From the human T2T-CHM13v2.0 reference genome, Homo sapiens: a DNA stretch of 64,000 bases. Below are positions 53,291-64,000 of the stretch, piece by piece. Below the pieces are notes generated by a model, which did no database searches, was not told the DNA's origin, and was given only the letters and a program-made list of their open reading frames with translations. Location: the NCBI RefSeq assembly GCF_009914755.1, contig NC_060933.1, one strand, 5' to 3'. The first letter of the stretch is position 1, and the number at the start of each line of letters is the position of its first letter. The translations under genes and the position numbers were made by a program.

Positions 53291-53907
53291 AAGCATTCTC
53301 AGGAACTTCTTTGTGATGTTTGCATTCAAGTCACAGAACTGAACATTCCCTTTCATAGAGCAGGTTTGAAACACTCTTTCTGTAGTATCTGCAAGCGGAC
53401 GTTTTAAGCGCTTTCAGGCCTGTGGTGAGAAAGGAAATATCTTCAAATAAAAACTAGACAGAAGCATTCTCAGAAACTTATTTGCGATGTGTGTCCTCAA
53501 CTAACAGAGTTGAACCTTTCTTTTGATACAACATTTTGGAAACACTCTTTTTGTAGAATCTGCAAGTGGATATTTGGATAACTTTGAAGGTTTCGTTGGA
53601 AACGGGAATATCTTCATATGAAATCAAGACAGAAGCATTCTCAGAAACTTCTCTGTGATGTTTGCATTCAACTCATAGAGTTGAACACTTCCCTTCATAC
53701 AGCAGGTTTGAAACACTCTTTTTGTAATATTTGGAAGTGGACATTTGCAGCGCTTTGAGGCCTATGTTGAAAAAGGAAATATCTTCTCCTAAAAACCAGA
53801 CAGAAGCATTCTCAGAAACTTCCTTGTGATGTGTGTACTCAAGTAACAGAGTTGAACCTTCCTTTTGACAGAGCAGTTTTGAAGCACTCTTTTTGTAGAA
53901 TCTGCAA
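52716..53907 (+). repeat. 7-mer HOR variant (1192 bp = 15-mer minus two tetramers)
   Basis: Landmark interval is 1192. It contains a hybrid segment that begins aaacctagagag and ends gcggacgtttta. Confidence 0.92.
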
Positions 53908-56900
53908 GTGGATATTTTGATACCTTTGAGGATTTCGTTGGACACGGGATATCTTCATATAAAATCTAGACAGAAGCATTCTCAGAAACTTCTTTGTGCT
54001 GTATGTCCTCAATTAACAGAGTTGAACCTTTGTGTGGATACAGCATTTTGGAAACATTCCTTTAGTAGAATCTGCAAGTTGATATTTAGATAGCTAGGAA
54101 GATTTCCTTGGAAACGGGAATATCTTCATATAAAATCTAGACGGAAGCATTCTCAGAAAGTCCTTTGTGATGTTTGCATTCAAGTCACAGAGTTGAATAT
54201 TCCCTTTTATAGAGCAGGTTTGAAACACTCTTTCTGCACTACCTGGAAGTGGACATTTGGAGCGCTTTGAGGCCTATGTTGAAAAAGGAAATATCTTCCC
54301 ATAAAAACTAGACAGAAGCATTCTCAGAAACTTGTTTGTGATGTGTGTATTCAACTAACAGAGATGAACCTTTCTTTTTACAGAGCAGTTTTGAAACACT
54401 CTTTTTGTGGAATCTGAAAGTGGATATTTGGATAACTTTGAGGATTTCGTTGGAAACGGGATTACATATAAAACCTAGAGAGAAGCAGTCTCAGGAACTT
54501 CTTTGTGATGTTTGCATTCAAGTCACAGGACTGAACATTCCCTTTCATAGAGCAGGTTTGAAACACTCTTTCTGTAGTATCTGCAAGCTGACGTTTCAAG
54601 CGCTTTCAGGCCTATGGTGAGAAAGGAAATATCTTCAAGTAAAAACTAGACAGAAGCATTCTCAGAAACTTATTTGAGATGTGTGTTCTCAACTAACAGA
54701 GTTGAACCTTTGTTTCGATATGGCATTTTGGAAACACTCTTTTTGTAGAATCTGCAGGTGGATATTCGGATAGCTTTGAAGGTTTCGTTGGAAACGGGAA
54801 TATCTTCATATAAAATCTAGACGGAAGCATTCTCAGAAACTGCTTTGTGATGTTTTCATTCAAGTCACAGAGTAGAATGTTCCCTGTTATATACCAGGTT
54901 AGAGACACTCTTTCTGCACTACCTGGAAGTGGACATTTGCAGCGCTTTGAGGCCTATGATGAAAAAGGAAATATCTTCCCATAAAAACTAGACAGAAGCA
55001 TTCTCAGAAACTTGTTTGTGATGTGTGTATTCAACTAACAGAGATGAACCTTTCTTTTTACAGAGCAGTTTTGAAACACTCTTTTTGTGGAATCTGAAAG
55101 TGGATATTTGGATAGCTTTGAGGATTTCGTTGGAAACGGGATTACATATAAAATCTAGAGAGAAGCATTCTCAGGAACTTCTTTGTGATGTTTGCATTCA
55201 CGTCACAGAACTGAACATTCCCTTTCATAGAGCAGGTTTGAAACACTCTTTCTGTAGTATCTGCAAACGGACATTTCAAACGCTTTCAGGCCTATGGTGA
55301 GAAAGGAAATATCTTCAAATAAAAACTAGACAGAAGCATTCTCAGAAACTTATTTGCGATGTGTGTCCTCAACTAACAGAGTTGAACCTTTCTTTTGATA
55401 CAACATTTTGGAAACACTCTTTTTGTAGAATCTGCAAGTGGATATTTGAATAGCTTTGAAGGTTTCGTTGGAAACGGGAATATCTTCATATAAAATCAAG
55501 ACAGAAGCATTCTCAGAAACTTCTCTGTGATGTTTGCATTCAACTCATAGAGTTGAACACTTCCCTTCATACAGCAGGTTTGAAACACTCTTTTTGTAAT
55601 ATTTGGAAGTGGACATTTGCAGCGCTTTGAGGCCTATGATGAAAAAGGAAATATCTTCCCATAAAAACTAGACAGAAGCATTCTCAGAAACTTGTTTGTG
55701 ATGTGTGTATTCAACTAACAGAGATGAACCTTTCTTTTTACAGAGCAGTTTTGAAACACTCTTTTTGTGGAATCTGAAAGTGGATATTTGGATAGCTTTG
55801 CGGATTTCGTTGGAAACGGGATTACATATAAAATCTAGGGAGAAGCATTCTCAGGAACTTCTTTGTGATGTTTGCATTCAAGTCACAGAACTGAACATTC
55901 CCTTTCATAGAGCAGGTTTGAAACACTCTTTCTGTAGTATCTGCAATCGGACGTTTTAAACGCTTTCAGGCCTGTGGTGAGAAAGGAAATATCTTCAAAT
56001 AAAAACTAGACAGAAGCTTTCTCAGAAACTTATTTGCGATGTGTGTCCTCAACTAACAGAGTTGAACCTTTCTTTTGATACAACATTTTGGAAACACTCT
56101 TTTTGTAGAATCTGCAAGTGGATATTTGGATAGCTTTGAAGGTTTCGTTGGAAACGGGAATATCTTCATATGAAATCAAGACAGAAGCATTCTCAGAAAC
56201 TTCTCTGTGATGTTTGCATTCAACTCATAGAGTTGAACACTTCCCTTCATACAGCAGGTTTGAAACACTCTTTTTGTAATATTTGGAAGTGGACATTTGC
56301 AGCGCTTTGAGGCCTATGTTGAAAAAGGAAATATCTTCTCCTAAAAACCAGACAGAAGCATTCTCAGAAACTTCCTTGTGATGTGTGTACTCAAGTAACA
56401 GAGTTGAACCTTCCTTTTGACAGAGCAGTTTTGAAGCACTCTTTTTGTAGAATCTGCAAGTGGATATTTTGATACCTTTGAGGATTTCGTTGGACACGGG
56501 ATATCTTCATATAAAATCTAGACAGAAGCATTCTCAGAAACTTCTTTGTGCTGTATGTCCTCAATTAACAGAGTTGAACCTTTGTGTGGATACAGCATTT
56601 TGGAAACATTCCTTTAGTAGAATCTGCAAGTTGATATTTAGATAGCTAGGAAGATTTCCTTGGAAACGGGAATATCTTCATATAAAATCTAGACGGAAGC
56701 ATTCTCAGAAAGTGCTTTGTGATGTTTGCATTCAAGTCACAGAGTTGAATATTCCCTTTTATAGAGCAGGTTTGAAACACTCTTTCTGCACTACCTGGAA
56801 GTGGACATTTGGAGCGCTTTGAGGCCTATGTTGAAAAAGGAAATATCTTCCCATAAAAACTAGACAGAAGCATTCTCAGAAACTTGTTTGTGATGTGTGT

Positions 56901-59900
56901 ATTCAACTAACAGAGATGAACCTTTCTTTTTACAGAGCAGTTTTGAAACACTCTTTTTGTGGAATCTGAAAGTGGATATTTGGATAGCTTTGAGGATTTC
57001 GTTGGAAACGGGATTACATATAAAACCTAGAGAGAAGCATTCTCAGGAACTTCTTTGTGATGTTTGCATTCAAGTCACAGAACTGAACATTCCCTTTCAT
57101 AGAGCAGGTTTGAAACACTCTTTCTGTAGTATCTGCAAGCGGACGTTTGAAGCGCTTTCAGGCCTGTGGTGAGAAAGGAAATATCTTCAAATAAAAACTA
57201 GACAGAAGCATTCTCAGAAACTTATTTGCGATGTGTGTCCTCAACTAACAGAGTTGAACCTTTCTTTTGATACAACATTTTGGAAACACTCTTTTTGTAG
57301 AATCTGCAAGTGGATATTTGGATAACTTTGAAGGTTTCGTTGGAAACGGGAATATCTTCATATGAAATCAAGACAGAAGCATTCTCAGAAACTTCTCTGT
57401 GATGTTTGCATTCAACTCATAGAGTTGAACACTTCCCTTCATACAGCAGGTTTGAAACACTCTTTTTGTAATATTTGGAAGTGGACATTTGCAGCGCTTT
57501 GAGGCCTATGTTGAAAAAGGAAATATCTTCTCCTAAAAACCAGACAGAAGCATTCTCAGAAACTTCCTTGTGATGTGTGTACTCAAGTAACAGAGTTGAA
57601 CCTTCCTTTTGACAGAGCAGTTTTGAAGCACTCTTTTTGTAGAATCTGCAAGTGGATATTTTGATACCTTTGAGGATTTCGTTGGACACGGGATATCTTC
57701 ATATAAAATCTAGACAGAAGCATTCTCAGAAACTTCTTTGTGCTGTATGTCCTCAATTAACAGAGTTGAACCTTTGTGTGGATACAGCATTTTGGAAACA
57801 TTCCTTTAGTAGAATCTGCAAGTTGATATTTAGATAGCTAGGAAGATTTCCTTGGAAACGGGAATATCTTCATATAAAATCTAGACGGAAGCATTCTCAG
57901 AAAGTCCTTTGTGATGTTTGCATTCAAGTCACAGAGTTGAATATTCCCTTTTATAGAGCAGGTTTGAAACACTCTTTCTGCACTACCTGGAAGTGGACAT
58001 TTGGAGCGCTTTGAGGCCTATGTTGAAAAAGGAAATATCTTCCCATAAAAACTAGACAGAAGCATTCTCAGAAACTTGTTTGTGATGTGTGTATTCAACT
58101 AACAGAGATGAACCTTTCTTTTTACAGAGCAGTTTTGAAACACTCTTTTTGTGGAATCTGAAAGTGGATATTTGGATAACTTTGAGGATTTCGTTGGAAA
58201 CGGGATTACATATAAAACCTAGAGAGAAGCAGTCTCAGGAACTTCTTTGTGATGTTTGCATTCAAGTCACAGGACTGAACATTCCCTTTCATAGAGCAGG
58301 TTTGAAACACTCTTTCTGTAGTATCTGCAAGCTGACGTTTCAAGCGCTTTCAGGCCTATGGTGAGAAAGGAAATATCTTCAAGTAAAAACTAGACAGAAG
58401 CATTCTCAGAAACTTATTTGAGATGTGTGTTCTCAACTAACAGAGTTGAACCTTTGTTTCGATATGGCATTTTGGAAACACTCTTTTTGTAGAATCTGCA
58501 GGTGGATATTCGGATAGCTTTGAAGGTTTCGTTGGAAACGGGAATATCTTCATATAAAATCTAGACGGAAGCATTCTCAGAAACTGCTTTGTGATGTTTT
58601 CATTCAAGTCACAGAGTAGAATGTTCCCTGTTATATACCAGGTTAGAGACACTCTTTCTGCACTACCTGGAAGTGGACATTTGCAGCGCTTTGAGGCCTA
58701 TGATGAAAAAGGAAATATCTTCCCATAAAAACTAGACAGAAGCATTCTCAGAAACTTGTTTGTGATGTGTGTATTCAACTAACAGAGATGAACCTTTCTT
58801 TTTACAGAGCAGTTTTGAAACACTCTTTTTGTGGAATCTGAAAGTGGATATTTGGATAGCTTTGAGGATTTCGTTGGAAACGGGATTACATATAAAATCT
58901 AGAGAGAAGCATTCTCAGGAACTTCTTTGTGATGTTTGCATTCACGTCACAGAACTGAACATTCCCTTTCATAGAGCAGGTTTGAAACACTCTTTCTGTA
59001 GTATCTGCAAACGGACATTTCAAACGCTTTCAGGCCTATGGTGAGAAAGGAAATATCTTCAAATAAAAACTAGACAGAAGCATTCTCAGAAACTTATTTG
59101 CGATGTGTGTCCTCAACTAACAGAGTTGAACCTTTCTTTTGATACAACATTTTGGAAACACTCTTTTTGTAGAATCTGCAAGTGGATATTTGAATAGCTT
59201 TGAAGGTTTCGTTGGAAACGGGAATATCTTCATATAAAATCAAGACAGAAGCATTCTCAGAAACTTCTCTGTGATGTTTGCATTCAACTCATAGAGTTGA
59301 ACACTTCCCTTCATACAGCAGGTTTGAAACACTCTTTTTGTAATATTTGGAAGTGGACATTTGCAGCGCTTTGAGGCCTATGATGAAAAAGGAAATATCT
59401 TCCCATAAAAACTAGACAGAAGCATTCTCAGAAACTTGTTTGTGATGTGTGTATTCAACTAACAGAGATGAACCTTTCTTTTTACAGAGCAGTTTTGAAA
59501 CACTCTTTTTGTGGAATCTGAAAGTGGATATTTGGATAGCTTTGCGGATTTCGTTGGAAACGGGATTACATATAAAATCTAGGGAGAAGCATTCTCAGGA
59601 ACTTCTTTGTGATGTTTGCATTCAAGTCACAGAACTGAACATTCCCTTTCATAGAGCAGGTTTGAAACACTCTTTCTGTAGTATCTGCAATCGGACGTTT
59701 TAAACGCTTTCAGGCCTGTGGTGAGAAAGGAAATATCTTCAAATAAAAACTAGACAGAAGCTTTCTCAGAAACTTATTTGCGATGTGTGTCCTCAACTAA
59801 CAGAGTTGAACCTTTCTTTTGATACAACATTTTGGAAACACTCTTTTTGTAGAATCTGCAAGTGGATATTTGGATAGCTTTGAAGGTTTCGTTGGAAACG

Positions 59901-62755
59901 GGAATATCTTCATATGAAATCAAGACAGAAGCATTCTCAGAAACTTCTCTGTGATGTTTGCATTCAACTCATAGAGTTGAACACTTCCCTTCATACAGCA
60001 GGTTTGAAACACTCTTTTTGTAATATTTGGAAGTGGACATTTGCAGCGCTTTGAGGCCTATGTTGAAAAAGGAAATATCTTCTCCTAAAAACCAGACAGA
60101 AGCATTCTCAGAAACTTCCTTGTGATGTGTGTACTCAAGTAACAGAGTTGAACCTTCCTTTTGACAGAGCAGTTTTGAAGCACTCTTTTTGTAGAATCTG
60201 CAAGTGGATATTTTGATACCTTTGAGGATTTCGTTGGACACGGGATATCTTCATATAAAATCTAGACAGAAGCATTCTCAGAAACTTCTTTGTGCTGTAT
60301 GTCCTCAATTAACAGAGTTGAACCTTTGTGTGGATACAGCATTTTGGAAACATTCCTTTAGTAGAATCTGCAAGTTGATATTTAGATAGCTAGGAAGATT
60401 TCCTTGGAAACGGGAATATCTTCATATAAAATCTAGACGGAAGCATTCTCAGAAAGTGCTTTGTGATGTTTGCATTCAAGTCACAGAGTTGAATATTCCC
60501 TTTTATAGAGCAGGTTTGAAACACTCTTTCTGCACTACCTGGAAGTGGACATTTGGAGCGCTTTGAGGCCTATGTTGAAAAAGGAAATATCTTCCCATAA
60601 AAACTAGACAGAAGCATTCTCAGAAACTTGTTTGTGATGTGTGTATTCAACTAACAGAGATGAACCTTTCTTTTTACAGAGCAGTTTTGAAACACTCTTT
60701 TTGTGGAATCTGAAAGTGGATATTTGGATAACTTTGAGGATTTCGTTGGAAACGGGATTACATATAAAACCTAGAGAGAAGCAGTCTCAGGAACTTCTTT
60801 GTGATGTTTGCATTCAAGTCACAGGACTGAACATTCCCTTTCATAGAGCAGGTTTGAAACACTCTTTCTGTAGTATCTGCAAGCTGACGTTTCAAGCGCT
60901 TTCAGGCCTATGGTGAGAAAGGAAATATCTTCAAGTAAAAACTAGACAGAAGCATTCTCAGAAACTTATTTGAGATGTGTGTTCTCAACTAACAGAGTTG
61001 AACCTTTGTTTCGATATGGCATTTTGGAAACACTCTTTTTGTAGAATCTGCAGGTGGATATTCGGATAGCTTTGAAGGTTTCGTTGGAAACGGGAATATC
61101 TTCATATAAAATCTAGACGGAAGCATTCTCAGAAACTGCTTTGTGATGTTTTCATTCAAGTCACAGAGTAGAATGTTCCCTGTTATATACCAGGTTAGAG
61201 ACACTCTTTCTGCACTACCTGGAAGTGGACATTTGCAGCGCTTTGAGGCCTATGATGAAAAAGGAAATATCTTCCCATAAAAACTAGACAGAAGCATTCT
61301 CAGAAACTTGTTTGTGATGTGTGTATTCAACTAACAGAGATGAACCTTTCTTTTTACAGAGCAGTTTTGAAACACTCTTTTTGTGGAATCTGAAAGTGGA
61401 TATTTGGATAGCTTTGAGGATTTCGTTGGAAACGGGATTACATATAAAATCTAGAGAGAAGCATTCTCAGGAACTTCTTTGTGATGTTTGCATTCACGTC
61501 ACAGAACTGAACATTCCCTTTCATAGAGCAGGTTTGAAACACTCTTTCTGTAGTATCTGCAAACGGACATTTCAAACGCTTTCAGGCCTATGGTGAGAAA
61601 GGAAATATCTTCAAATAAAAACTAGACAGAAGCATTCTCAGAAACTTATTTGCGATGTGTGTCCTCAACTAACAGAGTTGAACCTTTCTTTTGATACAAC
61701 ATTTTGGAAACACTCTTTTTGTAGAATCTGCAAGTGGATATTTGAATAGCTTTGAAGGTTTCGTTGGAAACGGGAATATCTTCATATAAAATCAAGACAG
61801 AAGCATTCTCAGAAACTTCTCTGTGATGTTTGCATTCAACTCATAGAGTTGAACACTTCCCTTCATACAGCAGGTTTGAAACACTCTTTTTGTAATATTT
61901 GGAAGTGGACATTTGCAGCGCTTTGAGGCCTATGATGAAAAAGGAAATATCTTCCCATAAAAACTAGACAGAAGCATTCTCAGAAACTTGTTTGTGATGT
62001 GTGTATTCAACTAACAGAGATGAACCTTTCTTTTTACAGAGCAGTTTTGAAACACTCTTTTTGTGGAATCTGAAAGTGGATATTTGGATAGCTTTGCGGA
62101 TTTCGTTGGAAACGGGATTACATATAAAATCTAGGGAGAAGCATTCTCAGGAACTTCTTTGTGATGTTTGCATTCAAGTCACAGAACTGAACATTCCCTT
62201 TCATAGAGCAGGTTTGAAACACTCTTTCTGTAGTATCTGCAATCGGACGTTTTAAACGCTTTCAGGCCTGTGGTGAGAAAGGAAATATCTTCAAATAAAA
62301 ACTAGACAGAAGCTTTCTCAGAAACTTATTTGCGATGTGTGTCCTCAACTAACAGAGTTGAACCTTTCTTTTGATACAACATTTTGGAAACACTCTTTTT
62401 GTAGAATCTGCAAGTGGATATTTGGATAGCTTTGAAGGTTTCGTTGGAAACGGGAATATCTTCATATGAAATCAAGACAGAAGCATTCTCAGAAACTTCT
62501 CTGTGATGTTTGCATTCAACTCATAGAGTTGAACACTTCCCTTCATACAGCAGGTTTGAAACACTCTTTTTGTAATATTTGGAAGTGGACATTTGCAGCG
62601 CTTTGAGGCCTATGTTGAAAAAGGAAATATCTTCTCCTAAAAACCAGACAGAAGCATTCTCAGAAACTTCCTTGTGATGTGTGTACTCAAGTAACAGAGT
62701 TGAACCTTCCTTTTGACAGAGCAGTTTTGAAGCACTCTTTTTGTAGAATCTGCAA
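53290..62755 (+). repeat. Distal HOR haplotype block: three near-identical 15-mers with private variants, interleaved with 7-mers (boundaries approximate)
   Basis: Markers not seen upstream (gaagcagtctc, ggttagagac, atttgaatagc, gcaatcggac, gaagctttctc) each occur three times, at +3744 and then +2552. Confidence 0.88.
56460..57651 (+). repeat. 7-mer HOR variant (second copy)
   Basis: Interval is 1192, and it lies 3744 bp downstream of the first 7-mer. Confidence 0.92.
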
Positions 62756-64000
62756 GTGGATATTTTGATACCTTTGAGGATTTCGTTGGACACGGGATAT
62801 CTTCATATAAAATCTAGACAGAAGCATTCTCAGAAACTTCTTTGTGCTGTATGTCCTCAATTAACAGAGTTGAACCTTTGTGTGGATACAGCATTTTGGA
62901 AACATTCCTTTAGTAGAATCTGCAAGTTGATATTTAGATAGCTAGGAAGATTTCCTTGGAAACGGGAATATCTTCATATAAAATCTAGACGGAAGCATTC
63001 TCAGAAAGTGCTTTGTGATGTTTGCATTCAAGTCACAGAGTTGAATATTCCCTTTTATAGAGCAGGTTTGAAACACTCTTTCTGCACTACCTGGAAGTGG
63101 ACATTTGGAGCGCTTTGAGGCCTATGTTGAAAAAGGAAATATCTTCCCATAAAAACTAGACAGAAGCATTCTCAGAAACTTGTTTGTGATGTGTGTATTC
63201 AACTAACAGAGATGAACCTTTCTTTTTACAGAGCAGTTTTGAAACACTCTTTTTGTGGAATCTGAAAGTGGATATTTGGATAGCTTTGAGGATTTCGTTG
63301 GAAACGGGATTACATATAAAACCTAGAGAGAAGCATTCTCAGGAACTTCTTTGTGATGTTTGCCTTCAAGTCACAGGACTGAACATTCCCTTTCATAGAG
63401 CAGGTTTGAAACACTCTTTCTGTAGTATCTGCAAGCTGACGTTTCAAGCGCTTTCAGGCCTATGGTGACAAAGGAAATATCTTCAAGTAAAAACTAGACA
63501 GAAGCATTCTCAGAAACTTATTTGCCATGTGTGTTCTCAACTAACAGAGTTGAACCTTTGTTTTGATACGGCATTTTGGAAACACTCTTTTTGTAGAATC
63601 TGCAGGTGGATATTCGGATAGCTTTGAAGGTTTCGTTGGAAACGGGAATATCTTCATATAAAATCTAGACGGAAGCATTCTCAGAAACTGCTTTGTGATG
63701 TTTGCATTCAAGTCACAGAGTAGAATGTTCCCTGTTATATACCAGGTTTGAGACACTCTTTCTGCACTACCTGGAAGTGGACATTTGCAGCGCTTTGAGG
63801 CCTATGATGAAAAAGGAAATATCTTCCCATAAAAACTAGACAGAAGCATTCTCAGAAACTTGTTTGTGATGTGTGTATTCAACTAACAGAGATGAACCTT
63901 TCTTTTTACAGAGCAGTTTTGAAACACTCTTTTTGTGGAATCTGAAAGTGGATATTTGGATAGCTTTGAGGATTTCGTTGGAAACGGGATTACATATAAA

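Larger units (their letters stand above)
1..64000 (+). repeat. Centromeric alpha-satellite HOR array (SF2-like dimeric organisation; candidates D9Z4 or D4Z1), one orientation throughout, no interruptions seen
   Basis: The conserved alphoid motif (aga)cagaagcattctcagaaact recurs every ~170 bp. Monomers alternate between CENP-B-box type (tttcgttggaaacggga) and pJ-alpha type (ggcctatg(g/t/a)tga(a/g)aaaggaa). HOR copies are near-identical. The alpha-satellite call is secure; family and chromosome come from recalled HOR sizes (7/11/15/19-mer) and are much less certain. Confidence 0.99.

Noticed and set aside
244-63756. Recurrent 61-94 aa ORFs (MYSTNRDEPF..., MDILIPLR..., MSQTWY..., MSNEIL...)
   Set aside because: These are chance open frames in satellite DNA. 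Many start at non-ATG codons, they repeat with HOR period, they gain and lose stops freely, and they resemble no protein family I recognise. I used them only as positional landmarks.
1-64000. CRISPR-like appearance (conserved agaagcattctcagaaact separated by variable sequence)
   Set aside because: The intervening sequences are homologous to each other, ~150 bp long and periodically repeated rather than unique spacers. There are no cas genes.
1-64000. Possible L1/Alu insertion, inversion or non-alphoid island
   Set aside because: None seen. All landmark intervals are accounted for by 1192 + n x 680 (+/-1) bp, and CENP-B boxes stay on the + strand throughout.

Overview
The whole 64-kb window is an uninterrupted, single-orientation array of human-type centromeric alpha-satellite (~170-171 bp monomers) with CENP-B boxes in roughly alternate monomers. 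It looks like an active higher-order-repeat (HOR) array of suprachromosomal family 2, most plausibly D9Z4 (chr9) or the related D4Z1 (chr4); I cannot settle which from sequence alone. I found no genes, RNA genes or transposon insertions, and all listed ORFs are repeat artefacts. The dominant HOR is a 15-mer (2552 bp = 7-mer core + two 680-bp tetramers), with 19-mer (3232 bp), 11-mer (1872 bp) and 7-mer (1192 bp) variants. Spacing of a once-per-HOR landmark (998, 3550, 6102, 9334 ... 62756) gives the order 15,15,19,15,15,11,15,15,15 | 15,15,19,15,15,11,15,15,15 | 15,19,7,15,7,15,15. The most notable structure is therefore a 22,967-bp 'HOR of HORs' (9 HORs, 135 monomers) in two nearly identical tandem copies plus a partial, shorter third copy. 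It is followed from ~53.3 kb by a different HOR haplotype block with its own 3,744-bp (7+15) duplication. Other observations are hybrid tetramers at variant junctions, an out-of-register micro-conversion, a HOR-polymorphic CENP-B box knockout and a patch rich in private variants. I found no evidence of a new coding system. All comparisons were made by eye and are not exhaustive.
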